Source: Limnohabitans sp. Rim8
GTDB lineage: Bacteria; Pseudomonadota; Gammaproteobacteria; Burkholderiales; Burkholderiaceae_C
Direction of reading: 5' to 3'
NCBI GenBank assembly: GCA_945897795.1
Contig: CAMDFT010000002.1
Coordinates: 12,277-76,276, forward strand
Length of the DNA stretch: 64,000 nt
Positions 12,848 through 23,011 of this stretch are shown here, one piece after another. Below the pieces are notes generated by a model. That model saw nothing but the letters and a program-made list of their open reading frames with translations, was not told the origin of the DNA and searched no databases. The translations under genes were made by a program, and so were the position numbers. Position 1 is the first letter of the stretch. Every line of letters begins with the position of its first letter.

Positions 12848-12982
12848 TGAACTGGACCCACCTTTTTCAGGCCAGAAGCAGCCCACCCTTGTCAAGGCCG
12901 CTGCGATGTTGACAACCCGTTTAAACGAAACAAGAAATTCAGAAAACTTTCAGGCAACTGCAAACCCTTTAGGAGAAGTACC

Positions 12983-14197
12983 ATGACCATCGAAATGATC
13001 CAGACAGAAGAATTCAACCAAGGCACACAGATCAAAGTGATCGGGGTGGGTGGTGGCGGCGGTAATGCCGTCGAGCACATGATCGAGCGCCAGGTACAAG
13101 GTGTGGAATTCATCTGCGCCAACACCGATGCACAAGCCCTGGCCCGCAGCGCGGCGCACCGTTTTGTGCAATTGGGCCAAACTGGTCTGGGCGCTGGCAG
13201 CAAGCCCGAGAAAGGCCGTGAAGCCGCCGAAAATGCCGAGGCCGATATCCGTGCGGCCATTGAAGGGGCGCACATGTTGTTCATCACCGCCGGCATGGGC
13301 GGTGGCACTGGCACAGGCGCAGCGCCTGTGATTGCCCGCATCGCGAAAGAAATGGGCATCCTCACCGTGGGCGTGGTCACCAAGCCTTTCGACTTTGAAG
13401 GCAAGCGCCGCATGGACAACGCCGACGAAGGCATGAAGGAACTCGAAGCCAGCGTGGATTCGCTGATCGTGGTCCTCAACGAAAAGTTGCTGGAATTGCC
13501 GGGTGGTGAAGACATGACGCAAGACGAGGCTTTCTCGCACGCCAACGACGTGCTGAAAAACGCCGTGGGCGGTATTGCCGAAATCATCAACGTGCCCGGC
13601 CATGTGAACGTCGACTTTGAAGACGTGCGCACCGTCATGGGTGAGCCTGGCAAAGCCATGATGGGCACGGCCGCTGCCAGCGGCCCAGACCGCGCACGCA
13701 TTGCGGCCGAACAAGCCGTGGCATGCCCGCTGCTCGAAGGCGTGGACCTCAAGGGCGCTCGCGGCGTGCTGGTGCTGATCAGCGCCGCCAAGGGTTCCTT
13801 GAAACTGTCTGAATCCAAGCAAGCCATGAACACCATCCGCGACTGCGCTTCGGAAGATGCGCACGTCATCTATGGCACCGCCTACGACGAGAGCCTGGGC
13901 GACCAGATCCGTGTGACTGTGGTGGCGACAGGCTTGGCCAAGGCCGGTGCTCGCCGCTCGTCGCCGCCTTTGCAAGTGTTGCGCACCGGTACCGACAACG
14001 CCCCCTTCATCATGAATGGTCAAGATGCCGTCGCACCGTCGCTCCACACAGCATCGCCAGCGGCGGCCAATGGCGTGAACATTCCGGCTTACTGGCGCAA
14101 CAACCGCACCCATGCCGCGACGCGTGTGGACGGCATGTCGGCCGCAGGCATGGACGACATTGAGATCCCGGCCTTCCTGCGCAAGCAAGCAGACTGA
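12983..14197 (+). CDS. ftsZ: Cell division protein FtsZ
   Basis: GVGGGGGNAV, GGGTGTG tubulin signature, NVDFED, C-terminal DIEIPAFLRKQAD; AGGAG RBS. Confidence 0.99.
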   Translation: MTIEMIQTEEFNQGTQIKVIGVGGGGGNAVEHMIERQVQGVEFICANTDAQALARSAAHRFVQLGQTGLGAGSKPEKGREAAENAEADIRAAIEGAHMLFITAGMGGGTGTGAAPVIARIAKEMGILTVGVVTKPFDFEGKRRMDNADEGMKELEASVDSLIVVLNEKLLELPGGEDMTQDEAFSHANDVLKNAVGGIAEIINVPGHVNVDFEDVRTVMGEPGKAMMGTAAASGPDRARIAAEQAVACPLLEGVDLKGARGVLVLISAAKGSLKLSESKQAMNTIRDCASEDAHVIYGTAYDESLGDQIRVTVVATGLAKAGARRSSPPLQVLRTGTDNAPFIMNGQDAVAPSLHTASPAAANGVNIPAYWRNNRTHAATRVDGMSAAGMDDIEIPAFLRKQAD

Positions 14198-14226
14198 TCC
14201 ATTCGCTTTGCGGACGATGTGGACAA

Positions 14227-14256
14227 GGGTCAGACAGGCACCAGCCGGTCTGACCC
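14227..14256. repeat. Inverted repeat GGGTCAGAC-N12-GTCTGACCC between ftsZ and lpxC (stem-loop / REP-like)
   Basis: Perfect 9-bp arms at 14227-14235 and 14248-14256. Confidence 0.6.
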
Positions 14257-14272
14257 CCTTTAAAATGATTGC

Positions 14273-15196
14273 ATGATCGCTCAACGCACCCTCAAAACCC
14301 TGACCCGGGCCGTTGGCGTGGGTTTGCACAGCGGCCAGCGGGTCGAATTGACGCTTCGCCCCGCAGCGCCCGACACCGGCATCGTGTTTCGCCGCGTGGA
14401 CCTGCCCGAGCCGGTGGACATTCCCGTTCGGGCCGAATCGGTCACCGACACGCGACTGGCCTCCACCATTTCGGTCGGCCAGGCCAAGGTCTTCACTGTC
14501 GAGCACCTCATGTCGGCCTGCGCCGGTCTGGGCATCGACAACCTGTACGTGGACATCACAGCCGAAGAGGTGCCCATTCTGGATGGCTCAGCATCCTCGT
14601 TTGTGTTTTTGCTGCAAAGCGCGGGTATCGTCGAGCAAAACGCGCCCAAGCGGTTTTTGCGCGTGCTCAAAACCGTGCAGGTCAACGAAGGCGAGGGAGC
14701 CAACATCAAGTGGGCCAAGTTGGAGCCCTTTCACGGCTACAAACTCAGCTTTGAAATCGACTTTCGCCACCCCGCCGTCGATCAAACGGGTCAGCAGGTG
14801 GTGTTTGACATGTCCGAGGGCGTGTACTCGCGTGACATCGCCCGGGCCCGCACCTTTGGCTTCACCAAAGACGTGGAAATGATGCGCGCCAATGGCCTGG
14901 CCCTGGGCGGTGGTCTGGACAACGCCATCGTCATGGACGACTACAAAGTGCTCAATGCCGATGGCCTGCGCTATGACGATGAGTTCGTCAAACACAAAAT
15001 TCTGGACGCCATGGGCGACCTGTACATCGTTGGCAAACCCTTGCTGGCCGCCTACAGCGCCTTCCGTTCGGGCCACGCCATGAACAACCAGTTGTTGCGC
15101 GCCCTGCTGGCCCAGCCGGACGCCTATGAGATCGTGACGTTTGAGACGTCCAGCCAGGCCCCTAAGGGTTTTGCGACACTGCAACCGGCTTGGTGA
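14273..15196 (+). CDS. lpxC: UDP-3-O-acyl-N-acetylglucosamine deacetylase
   Basis: [30 protein letters not shown] zinc motifs. Confidence 0.98.
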   Translation: MIAQRTLKTLTRAVGVGLHSGQRVELTLRPAAPDTGIVFRRVDLPEPVDIPVRAESVTDTRLASTISVGQAKVFTVEHLMSACAGLGIDNLYVDITAEEVPILDGSASSFVFLLQSAGIVEQNAPKRFLRVLKTVQVNEGEGANIKWAKLEPFHGYKLSFEIDFRHPAVDQTGQQVVFDMSEGVYSRDIARARTFGFTKDVEMMRANGLALGGGLDNAIVMDDYKVLNADGLRYDDEFVKHKILDAMGDLYIVGKPLLAAYSAFRSGHAMNNQLLRALLAQPDAYEIVTFETSSQAPKGFATLQPAW

Positions 15197-15247
15197 AAGC
15201 AGGCGCAGCGCGGTTTGGTCAACCCCCTCCTCTTGGCCTGAGCTACC

Positions 15248-16168
15248 ATGGGTCTGATGACCATCAGCCGACAACAAATCACCTTGCTGATCATCTTGAC
15301 GTTGGTCTGGGGTTTCAACTGGCCCATGCTCAAGCTGGGTGTCAGTCAATTTCCCCCCTTGTCATTTCGCAGTTTGAGCATGTGGATGGGCTTGCCCTTT
15401 TTGGCGTTGGTGCTGTACTTCAAGAAAGTGCCCTTCAAAATTCCGATGGCTGATTGGCGAGAGCTTTTTATTTTGGCCTTCACCAACATGTTGGTTTGGC
15501 ATGTGCTGATCATCCTGGCGGTACAGAATTTGTCGAGCGGTCGATCTGCGATATTGGGTTACACCATGCCGATTTTTTCGGCCCTGATGGGGGTACTCTG
15601 GTTCGGTGCGTCGATGCGCTGGCGGGCTTGGGCAGGGGTGGGCTGTGCGGCCTTGGGCGTGGTGCTCTTGCTTTGGCATGAATTGAGTGCCATCTCGGGC
15701 AAACCATTGGGCGTGGTGCTGGGGCTGGTGGCGGCGGCCTTTTGGGGCTTGGGCACGCAGCAGATCCGTCACACCCGAATCCAAGTGCCGACCTTGGCCA
15801 TCGTGTTCTGGATGACTTGCATGAGCACATTGCTCATGAGCGTTTTGGCCTTTGCATTTGAGCGCAAAAACTGGGGGCCGATTCCAGACATCACCTGGGC
15901 TTCGATTGTGTACAACGCCTTTGGTGTGTTTGTGTTTGCGCAAGCTGCGTGGTTGTCGCTGGCGCGCAATTTGCCGCCGCTGGCCTCCACACTGAGTGTC
16001 ATGTTCATACCCGTGTTGGGTGTTTTCAGTGGGGCCTACTTCCTCAACGAAGCCCTGCATTGGCAAGACTGGGCCGCCATCTTGCTGATCGTGCTGGCCA
16101 TTGCTTCGGTGCTTTGGCCGGCTGGCACCTCCCAGCCCCAGCCCGCCAAGCGACCGATGCCTGACTGA
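15248..16168 (+). CDS. EamA/DMT family transporter
   Basis: About 10 TM helices, WGFNWP N-terminal motif, duplicated EamA halves. Confidence 0.88.
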   Translation: MGLMTISRQQITLLIILTLVWGFNWPMLKLGVSQFPPLSFRSLSMWMGLPFLALVLYFKKVPFKIPMADWRELFILAFTNMLVWHVLIILAVQNLSSGRSAILGYTMPIFSALMGVLWFGASMRWRAWAGVGCAALGVVLLLWHELSAISGKPLGVVLGLVAAAFWGLGTQQIRHTRIQVPTLAIVFWMTCMSTLLMSVLAFAFERKNWGPIPDITWASIVYNAFGVFVFAQAAWLSLARNLPPLASTLSVMFIPVLGVFSGAYFLNEALHWQDWAAILLIVLAIASVLWPAGTSQPQPAKRPMPD

Positions 16169-16170
16169 CC

Positions 16171-17490
16171 ATGAACCAGGACCTGACCCTTTTGAATGCA
16201 GTCGCCTTGCAGAAGGCCTATGCGCAAGGCCACACCAACCCCGTGGCCGTGACCCGAGCGCACTTGGCACGCATCACGATGCGCAACCCGGCGCTGCACG
16301 CCTTTGTGCATGTGTTCAGTGACCTGGCCTTGCAACAGGCCCAGGCCAGTGCCGAGCGATGGGCCAAGGGGCAGCCATTGGGGCCACTCGATGGGGTGGT
16401 GATGGCCCTGAAAGACAACATCGACGTGGTCGGCATGCCGTGCACCGCTGGCACAGCAGCCTATGCGCAGCGCATGCCGGTGCACGATGCACCTGTTTAC
16501 CAGCGGCTGCGTGATGCCGGTATGGTCTTGCTGGGCAAACTCAATATGCACGAGGCCGCACTGGGGGCCACTACCGACAACCCTGTCTATGGTCGCTGCA
16601 TGAACCCCTTGCGCGAGGGCTTCACGCCGGGCGGCTCGAGCGGTGGCTCTGCCGCTGCGGTGGCCGACCACCTGTGCACCATCGCCATGGGCACCGATAC
16701 CATGGGCTCGGTCCGCATTCCGGCTGCGTACTGCGGGGTGATGGGCATGATCCCCACGCGCTCGCGCTTGCCCATGGACGGCATCGTGCCCTTGAGTCCC
16801 TCCTTGGATGTGGCCGGACCGCTGGCGCGCAGTGGCTATGACCTCGCGCAAACGATGGCTTGCCTGTTGGGCATCAGCCTGGCACCTGCTGCGCAGGCCA
16901 GCGTGTGGCGCGGTTTGCGCGTGGGCACCCTGCCGCAAACAACCGAGGTGGAAATGGCCCCAGCCGTGCAAGCGGCTTGGCAGGCCACGCAGCAGCGCCT
17001 GCAGGCACAGGGCGCGACGCTGAAAACCGTGGCTTTGCCCGACTGGTCGCCTGCCCGCAACCGTTTGCATGCCCTGCTCATGAGCGAGTGGGAAGGGGCT
17101 GATTATTGGTTGAACGCCTTGGGGCCCGAGTTGCCTGGTTTGAGTGCGGGCCTGCAAAAAATGCTGCATTACGGGGCCCGGCTTGGCCCGGAAAAACGGC
17201 AAGCCAGCCAAGCCGCCATCGATGGCTTGCGTGCGCAGGCGGAGGCGTTGTTCGCAGACATCGATGTCTTGTTGTTGCCCACCACGCCGCACACCAGCTT
17301 TGCCCATACCGAAGCCGCGCCTGCCAGTCAGGCCGACTGGGCGTGCCTGGCCAACATGCTGGGGGCGCCCGCTTTGTCTTTTCCTTGCCCGAGCGAGGGG
17401 TTGCCGGTGTCGTGCCAGTTGCTGGCCGCACCCGGTCAGGACGAGCGCTTGCTCTCGCTGGCCTGTTCGCTCGATGCGCTTTGGGATTGA
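16171..17490 (+). CDS. Amidase signature family enzyme
   Basis: LKDNI, GGSSGGSAAAVA, GTDTMGSVRIPA (Lys-Ser-Ser triad present). Confidence 0.92.
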   Translation: MNQDLTLLNAVALQKAYAQGHTNPVAVTRAHLARITMRNPALHAFVHVFSDLALQQAQASAERWAKGQPLGPLDGVVMALKDNIDVVGMPCTAGTAAYAQRMPVHDAPVYQRLRDAGMVLLGKLNMHEAALGATTDNPVYGRCMNPLREGFTPGGSSGGSAAAVADHLCTIAMGTDTMGSVRIPAAYCGVMGMIPTRSRLPMDGIVPLSPSLDVAGPLARSGYDLAQTMACLLGISLAPAAQASVWRGLRVGTLPQTTEVEMAPAVQAAWQATQQRLQAQGATLKTVALPDWSPARNRLHALLMSEWEGADYWLNALGPELPGLSAGLQKMLHYGARLGPEKRQASQAAIDGLRAQAEALFADIDVLLLPTTPHTSFAHTEAAPASQADWACLANMLGAPALSFPCPSEGLPVSCQLLAAPGQDERLLSLACSLDALWD

Positions 17491-18860
17491 TACCCCGTTT
17501 GCAAGCTGTCCCATAAAGGCCCCAAGGCCTTGGCCTGCGGCAACGCCTGAACCAGACCAATGAGTTGCTCGGCCTGAGCCAAGACCCAGCCGCTGGCCTG
17601 CAGCAGTTGCATGGCTTTGGCCATCACCTGGTCCGGGCTCAAGGGGTTTTCCGGATCGCCTAAAACGTTGATGACTTCACTGCTGTGTTGGGTGCCGTTT
17701 GCCATTTGCAGCTGCAACTGGGCACCAAAGCTTTGGGGGTAAGCCTGCTCTTGGGCTGGCCCGCACGCCAACGACATGCGTTTGCGCAGTGCGCTGCAGA
17801 TCGGATCCACCAGCGCTTCTGGCGCGGTGGCCTCCAGCCCAAAATCGCCATGGCTCAGGGCCCAGGCCACGCCATGCTGCAAACTGAATTTGCCTTGCAA
17901 GGGCGTTTGCGGACAAGGCTGGTCAGCAAACGACAGCGCGACCGCGTAGGTGACCAAACGCATGTGTTCGATCTGCCCGGGATCGATCCCTTGCGAGTGC
18001 AACTTCAAGGCGCATTCGATGGCAGGGTGCACATGCCGGCAAGCAGGCCAGGGCTTGAAGCTGACCTCGTGCACGCGCCAGGCGCGATCGGGCGGGGCTT
18101 GCAAAAGGGCTTGCGCCCGGGCCGCGTCCAGGCCGCCTCCGGTGGCCTTCAACCAGCCCAATGGACCTTCCAGAATCGACAAAGGCCCGGTCATGCCCGC
18201 TGCTGCCATGTCTGCCGCCACCAGGCCCGCTTGGGCGCTGTGGCCTGTGGCCATTTGTTTGGCCAGGCCCGGCTCCAAACGGCATTGCCAGACGCCTGCC
18301 GACTGCATGCCCGCCAAGGCCAGGGCATGTTGCGTCTGTATGGTGTCGAGCTTCAGCAAGCGGGCGCAGGCCATGCCGCTGGCAAACACGCCCGATGTGG
18401 CGGTGCTGTACCACTGGGCGTAATGGGCGGGCCCGCTCAGCAGTCCGAGCAAGATGGCGGTTTCGTAACCCACCACCACCGCATCGAGCAAGGCTTCGGG
18501 GCTGGCGTTTTGGCGCTGGGCCATGGCCAGCGCTGCAGGAATGACCGTATCGCCCGGGTGCACCACGGCTTCGCGGTGCACATCGTCCATTTCATGGCTG
18601 CTGCCCAGGCTGCCGTTCCAGCGGGCGGCCTCTGCCGCCTGCAAGCCGCTGTGTCCACAGACCCAAATGGGGCCGGGGATCTGCTTGGCGGCCCACCGCC
18701 GCAGCACATCGCCCAGCTCGGTCGTTTGTCCCAAATGAGCGCAAGCCATCCAGTCGATCAGCTGCAGTGCGGCACGTTGTCGGTCATGCAGGCCAATGGG
18801 TCTGCGCAAAGCCGCCACCAGCCATTCGCTCCAAGGCGTTGGGGTGGCGCTGGTCATCAT
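17436..18860 (-). CDS. MmgE/PrpD family protein
   Basis: EMDDVH..VHPG, FKPWPACRHVH, GDPENPLS motifs. Confidence 0.9.
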   Translation of the reverse strand: MMTSATPTPWSEWLVAALRRPIGLHDRQRAALQLIDWMACAHLGQTTELGDVLRRWAAKQIPGPIWVCGHSGLQAAEAARWNGSLGSSHEMDDVHREAVVHPGDTVIPAALAMAQRQNASPEALLDAVVVGYETAILLGLLSGPAHYAQWYSTATSGVFASGMACARLLKLDTIQTQHALALAGMQSAGVWQCRLEPGLAKQMATGHSAQAGLVAADMAAAGMTGPLSILEGPLGWLKATGGGLDAARAQALLQAPPDRAWRVHEVSFKPWPACRHVHPAIECALKLHSQGIDPGQIEHMRLVTYAVALSFADQPCPQTPLQGKFSLQHGVAWALSHGDFGLEATAPEALVDPICSALRKRMSLACGPAQEQAYPQSFGAQLQLQMANGTQHSSEVINVLGDPENPLSPDQVMAKAMQLLQASGWVLAQAEQLIGLVQALPQAKALGPLWDSLQTGYQSQSASSEQASESKRSS

Positions 18861-19663
18861 TGGCCCTTGAAGCGGGGCGGCCGTTTCTCATTGAAGGCCA
18901 GCACGCCCTCGCGCCGATCTTCGGTGTCCACCAGCTGGTTGTAGGCCTCCACCTCAAATCGGTAAGCCGTGCGCAATTCCATTTGGCCGCCGTAGCGGAT
19001 GGACTTTTTGACCTGCCGAATCGACAGCGGCGCATTGCGCGCCAGGGTTTGGGCCGTTCGCAGGGTTTCGCTCAAGAGCTGTTCGGGCTCGATGCTTTGA
19101 TTGAGCAAGCCCCACGCCAGCGCCTGCTGTGCAGTGAAAGCTTGCCCCGTCATGATGAGTTCTTTGGCCCGGCGCTCGCCGATGGCGCGGGGCAGGTTTT
19201 GCGTGCCGCCCATGCCAGGCATGATGCCCAAGGTGACTTCGGGCATGGCAAAGCGTGCGCTGCTGCTGGCGTAAATAAAGTCACAGCACAAAGCCAATTC
19301 CAGACCGCCGCCATAGGCGTGACCATTGACCGCCGCGATCACGGGCAGCGGCAAATCCACCAAGGCCCATGACATGCGCTCAAAGATTTCATGCTGGTGT
19401 GTCCATTGCGCGCGTGTCATGCCCTTGCGCTCTTTCAGGTCACCCCCTGCGCAAAATATTTTGGACCCCGCTCCGGTCAACACCACGCAGCGCACGCCTT
19501 GCGCATCGTTGGTCAGGCGCAGCCACAGATCCAGCAACTCCTGACCCATGCGCGTGTTGATGGCATTGCCAACGTCTGGGCGGTTCAGGGTGACTTGCAG
19601 CACGCCATCGGCGTGGGTTTCCAACAGCAGTGTCTCTGGGGCTTGTAGCAGGTCCATGGACAT
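18857..19663 (-). CDS. Enoyl-CoA hydratase/isomerase (crotonase) family
   Basis: LNRP..NA, FCAGGDL, GGGLELALCCD, PEVTLGIMPG. Confidence 0.92.
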   Translation of the reverse strand: MSMDLLQAPETLLLETHADGVLQVTLNRPDVGNAINTRMGQELLDLWLRLTNDAQGVRCVVLTGAGSKIFCAGGDLKERKGMTRAQWTHQHEIFERMSWALVDLPLPVIAAVNGHAYGGGLELALCCDFIYASSSARFAMPEVTLGIMPGMGGTQNLPRAIGERRAKELIMTGQAFTAQQALAWGLLNQSIEPEQLLSETLRTAQTLARNAPLSIRQVKKSIRYGGQMELRTAYRFEVEAYNQLVDTEDRREGVLAFNEKRPPRFKGQ

Positions 19664-19678
19664 CGAAGCCTTTGAATT

Positions 19679-20455
19679 TCAATTCGGAGCGTACTGCTGG
19701 CCACCGTCGACGTGCAGGACCGTACCGCTCAGGTAGCCGCAAATGGGAGACGAACAATGAACAGCCAAGCGTGCAATTTCGTCGGGTTCGGCCAAACGGC
19801 CAAAAGGCAATTTTTGCGTCATCTCCAACCAGCGTGAGGCATCGCCCAGTTTGCTGGCCGCTTGCTGCCGCAGCACGCCTTCGATGCGGTCGCTGCGCGT
19901 GGGCGAGGGGTTGATGCCGAACACACGCACGCCCTTGCGCACGCTGCCTGCGCCAACGCCTTGCGTGAATGCGATCAGCGCCCCATTGGCCGCCGAGCCG
20001 CAAATGTATTCGTAGCGAGGTGCCGCCCCGGCCATGCCGATGATGTTGCAAATCACGCCATGGCCGCGTGACTCCATCGCCCCCAAATACAGCCGGGTGA
20101 GGTTGATGTAGCTGAACAGTTTGAGCTCCCACGCCCCGCGCCAAGCGTCTTCGGCGATGTCGTGGAGGCTGCCGCCCGGAATGGCACCCGCGTTGTTGAC
20201 CAGGATGTCTGCTGCCGGAAACAGATTGAACAAAGCGCGGTCTGAGCCGGGCTGCGACAAATCGATCTCGGCGATGGCGGGAGCGGCTAAGCCCTCTTGG
20301 GCAAAGGCCGCCAGGGCGGCATCCAGGTTGCTGCGCTGGCGAGAGACCAGCACGGGCTTTGCGCCTTCTCGGGCAAAGTTCAGGGCAATGGCCAGGCCAA
20401 TGCCTTTGGAGCCACCGGTCACGATGACTTGTTTTTGATCGAGTTCGAGGTTCAT
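19679..20455 (-). CDS. Short-chain dehydrogenase/reductase (atypical active site)
   Basis: TGGSKGIG, VNNAG, VDGG; YICGSAAN where YxxxK is expected. Confidence 0.88.
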   Translation of the reverse strand: MNLELDQKQVIVTGGSKGIGLAIALNFAREGAKPVLVSRQRSNLDAALAAFAQEGLAAPAIAEIDLSQPGSDRALFNLFPAADILVNNAGAIPGGSLHDIAEDAWRGAWELKLFSYINLTRLYLGAMESRGHGVICNIIGMAGAAPRYEYICGSAANGALIAFTQGVGAGSVRKGVRVFGINPSPTRSDRIEGVLRQQAASKLGDASRWLEMTQKLPFGRLAEPDEIARLAVHCSSPICGYLSGTVLHVDGGQQYAPN

Positions 20456-20545
20456 GCGTGAGGCTGGCGAAGGGGTCAGTCAGTGCACTGGCCCGGGGTT
20501 GGGAGGGATCAAGGAGATGCTTGCGGGCGCACAGCGCAAATCAGA

Positions 20546-21430
20546 TCAAGGACCTGGCGGCGGAACCTGTGCGGTGTACCAGTCGGCGATCTGCCCCCCG
20601 GTCATGAAGCACACCTCAGGTGACTTCATCAGCAAGTCCAGCATGCGCTCGAAGCTGGCAAAGCGGTGCGGCACACCGATCAGGTGCGGGTGAAGGCCGA
20701 TGGCCAGCACGCGGGGGTGCGTGGTCGCTTCGCGCTCAAACAAAGCCAAGGTGCGGGCCAGGCGTTCGTACATGTCGTCGCTGGTGTGTTTTTCAATCGC
20801 GTAAACAATCGAGTCGTTGATTTCCAGGTTGTAGGGCAGGGCCAGCAAAGGGCCGTTGCGCGTTTGCATCCAACTGGGTACATCGTCCACCACCCAATCA
20901 AACACATAATCCACGCCTTGCTTTTTCAGCAACTCAGGCGTGTCGTGCGTTTCGCGCAAACCGGGGCTGAGCCACCCTCTTGGGCGTTGGCCCGTGAAGC
21001 GCTCGATCATGTCCAAGCTCATGGCGATCAACGATTCCTCAGACTCACCCTGGTTGTGGTTCAGGCTTTTCTGGTGCACCCCATGGCCAATGAATTCCCA
21101 GCCTGCGTCGTGCATGGCTTGCGCCGCTTGCGGGTAGGCGGTGATGACCCCGGCGTTGAAACTGGTAGAAGCGGGCAACCCCCGGTCTTGGATGGCCCGC
21201 AAGATGCGCGGCAGGCCCGCCCGCATGCCGTAGTCGGCCCAGCTAAAGTTGGGCACATCGGGCACCGTCTCTTTGCCGTGCGGTGGCGTGATGATGGTGC
21301 GCGGCATGCTCGACTCGAACTGCCAATGCTCCACGTTCACCACCAAGTGCACCATGATGGCGCCTTGTGGCGCAGCCTTCAATGCGGGCCCATCGTTGGA
21401 GAAGCGGTAAGGAATGCGGGGGTTGGCCAT
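20546..21430 (-). CDS. Polysaccharide deacetylase / PuuE-like (CE4) hydrolase
   Basis: VNVEHW, NFSWADYGMRAG, EFIGHG, RGWLSPG, DDVP, LHPHL; start at MANPRIPY. Confidence 0.85.
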   Translation of the reverse strand: MANPRIPYRFSNDGPALKAAPQGAIMVHLVVNVEHWQFESSMPRTIITPPHGKETVPDVPNFSWADYGMRAGLPRILRAIQDRGLPASTSFNAGVITAYPQAAQAMHDAGWEFIGHGVHQKSLNHNQGESEESLIAMSLDMIERFTGQRPRGWLSPGLRETHDTPELLKKQGVDYVFDWVVDDVPSWMQTRNGPLLALPYNLEINDSIVYAIEKHTSDDMYERLARTLALFEREATTHPRVLAIGLHPHLIGVPHRFASFERMLDLLMKSPEVCFMTGGQIADWYTAQVPPPGP

Positions 21431-21431
21431 G

Positions 21432-22181
21432 TCAGTGTCGAATGAGGTTGAGGATCTCGAGCTTGAGCGAGGCAAAGGTTTCGCTGGCGGTGTCGGCCAC
21501 AGTGCGTGGCCGCGCCAGCGGCACGGTGATCTTGGTCTGGATGCGGCCTGGTCGAGCCGACATCACGTAAATCGAGCTGGCCAAAAAGATTGCTTCGTCG
21601 ATGTCGTGCGTGACAAAGATGATGGTGGGTTTGAGCTTTTGCCACACGGTGAGCAGCAGCTCTTGCATGGTCAGACGGGTTTGGGCATCCAGTGCACCAA
21701 AGGGTTCGTCCATCAGCAACACGCGTGAGCCCAGCGTCAGGATGCGTGCAATGCCCACGCGCTGGCGCATGCCGCCTGACAACTGCACCGGCAAATGGTT
21801 CTTGAAATCGCTCAGGCCCACGATCTTGATCATTTCGTGGGCGCGGTCTTCGTATTCGCTGCGCGCCATGCCCTGCACCTTGGGGCCGAAAATCACGTTG
21901 TCCCAGACACTCAGCCAGGGAAACAATGCGGCTTCCTGAAAAACCACGCCCCGGTCAGGACCCGGTGCGCTGACAACGCCACCATTGACCAGCAGCTGGC
22001 CCGCTGTGGGCTGCTCAAACCCGGCAATCAGGTTCAGCAAGGTGGATTTGCCGCAGCCTGAAGGCCCGAGCAAGGCCACCAATTCCCCCGGCGCGACCTG
22101 CAATTGGATGTCTTCCAGGGCCTTGACGGGCGTGCTGCCCGGGTAGGTCTTGTAAAGGTTTTGAATGGAAATATCGGACAT
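21432..22181 (-). CDS. ABC transporter ATP-binding subunit (SsuB/TauB type)
   Basis: [32 protein letters not shown]. Confidence 0.93.
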   Translation of the reverse strand: MSDISIQNLYKTYPGSTPVKALEDIQLQVAPGELVALLGPSGCGKSTLLNLIAGFEQPTAGQLLVNGGVVSAPGPDRGVVFQEAALFPWLSVWDNVIFGPKVQGMARSEYEDRAHEMIKIVGLSDFKNHLPVQLSGGMRQRVGIARILTLGSRVLLMDEPFGALDAQTRLTMQELLLTVWQKLKPTIIFVTHDIDEAIFLASSIYVMSARPGRIQTKITVPLARPRTVADTASETFASLKLEILNLIRH

Positions 22182-22189
22182 GTTGTTTC

Positions 22190-22996
22190 TTAATGGCTTT
22201 GCAGCATGCGCCAGACCAAAACCCTGCTTTCAATGAAAACGATCAGGCGATCACTTAAAAAACCCATGATGCCAATCGACACCATGTCGGCCAGCACAAT
22301 GTCCATGCGACCCACGTAGTAGGCGTCCCACAGAACATAGCCCAGCCCCGACTTAACGGCCACCATTTCCGAGACGATCACCGCCGTCCACGAGATGCCC
22401 AAGCCAATGCGCAAACCGGTGAAGATGGAGGGCATGGCCGCGGGCAGCACCACCCGGTACAGCAATTGCCTGCGGCTGGCACCCATCATGAGGGCAGCGC
22501 GCACCAGGTTGCGCTCGACATCGCGCGCACCCTGTGTGGTGTTGACCACGATGGCATAAAAGCCACCCAGGAAAATCAGAAAAATGGCACCCATGTCCCG
22601 AATGCCAAACAGCGCAATCGAAAACGGCAACCAGGCCGTGATTGGAATGGGCCTCAAGCTCTGGATCAGCGGGTCAAACAGTTGCTGAACCAAACGGCTC
22701 CAACCGATCAGCAAACCCAGAGGCACGCCAATCAGAGCCGCTAGAGCAAAGCCCTGCGCTACCCGCATGGAGGAGTACTGGACGTTGGACACCCAAGAGC
22801 CCAGGTAAGGGTTCAGGCCCATGCCGGGTGAACCAAAAATCCAGCCGTGCCAGCCTTCCAAAACCAACATGGGGGTCGGCAGAATACCGGCCATGCCTGG
22901 CCTGCTGCCGGCCACCTGCCAGATGACCAGAACCACCGCTGGCACCAACAGGCCAAGCACTGTCCGCCGAAGGGTATCGAGAGAAGCGTTAGCCAT
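22190..22996 (-). CDS. ABC transporter permease (SsuC/TauC type)
   Basis: LRPIP, EAA-like loop AALMMGAS, SEMVAVKSGLGY. Confidence 0.92.
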   Translation of the reverse strand: MANASLDTLRRTVLGLLVPAVVLVIWQVAGSRPGMAGILPTPMLVLEGWHGWIFGSPGMGLNPYLGSWVSNVQYSSMRVAQGFALAALIGVPLGLLIGWSRLVQQLFDPLIQSLRPIPITAWLPFSIALFGIRDMGAIFLIFLGGFYAIVVNTTQGARDVERNLVRAALMMGASRRQLLYRVVLPAAMPSIFTGLRIGLGISWTAVIVSEMVAVKSGLGYVLWDAYYVGRMDIVLADMVSIGIMGFLSDRLIVFIESRVLVWRMLQSH

Positions 22997-23011
22997 GTGG
23001 GTGCTGCCTGC

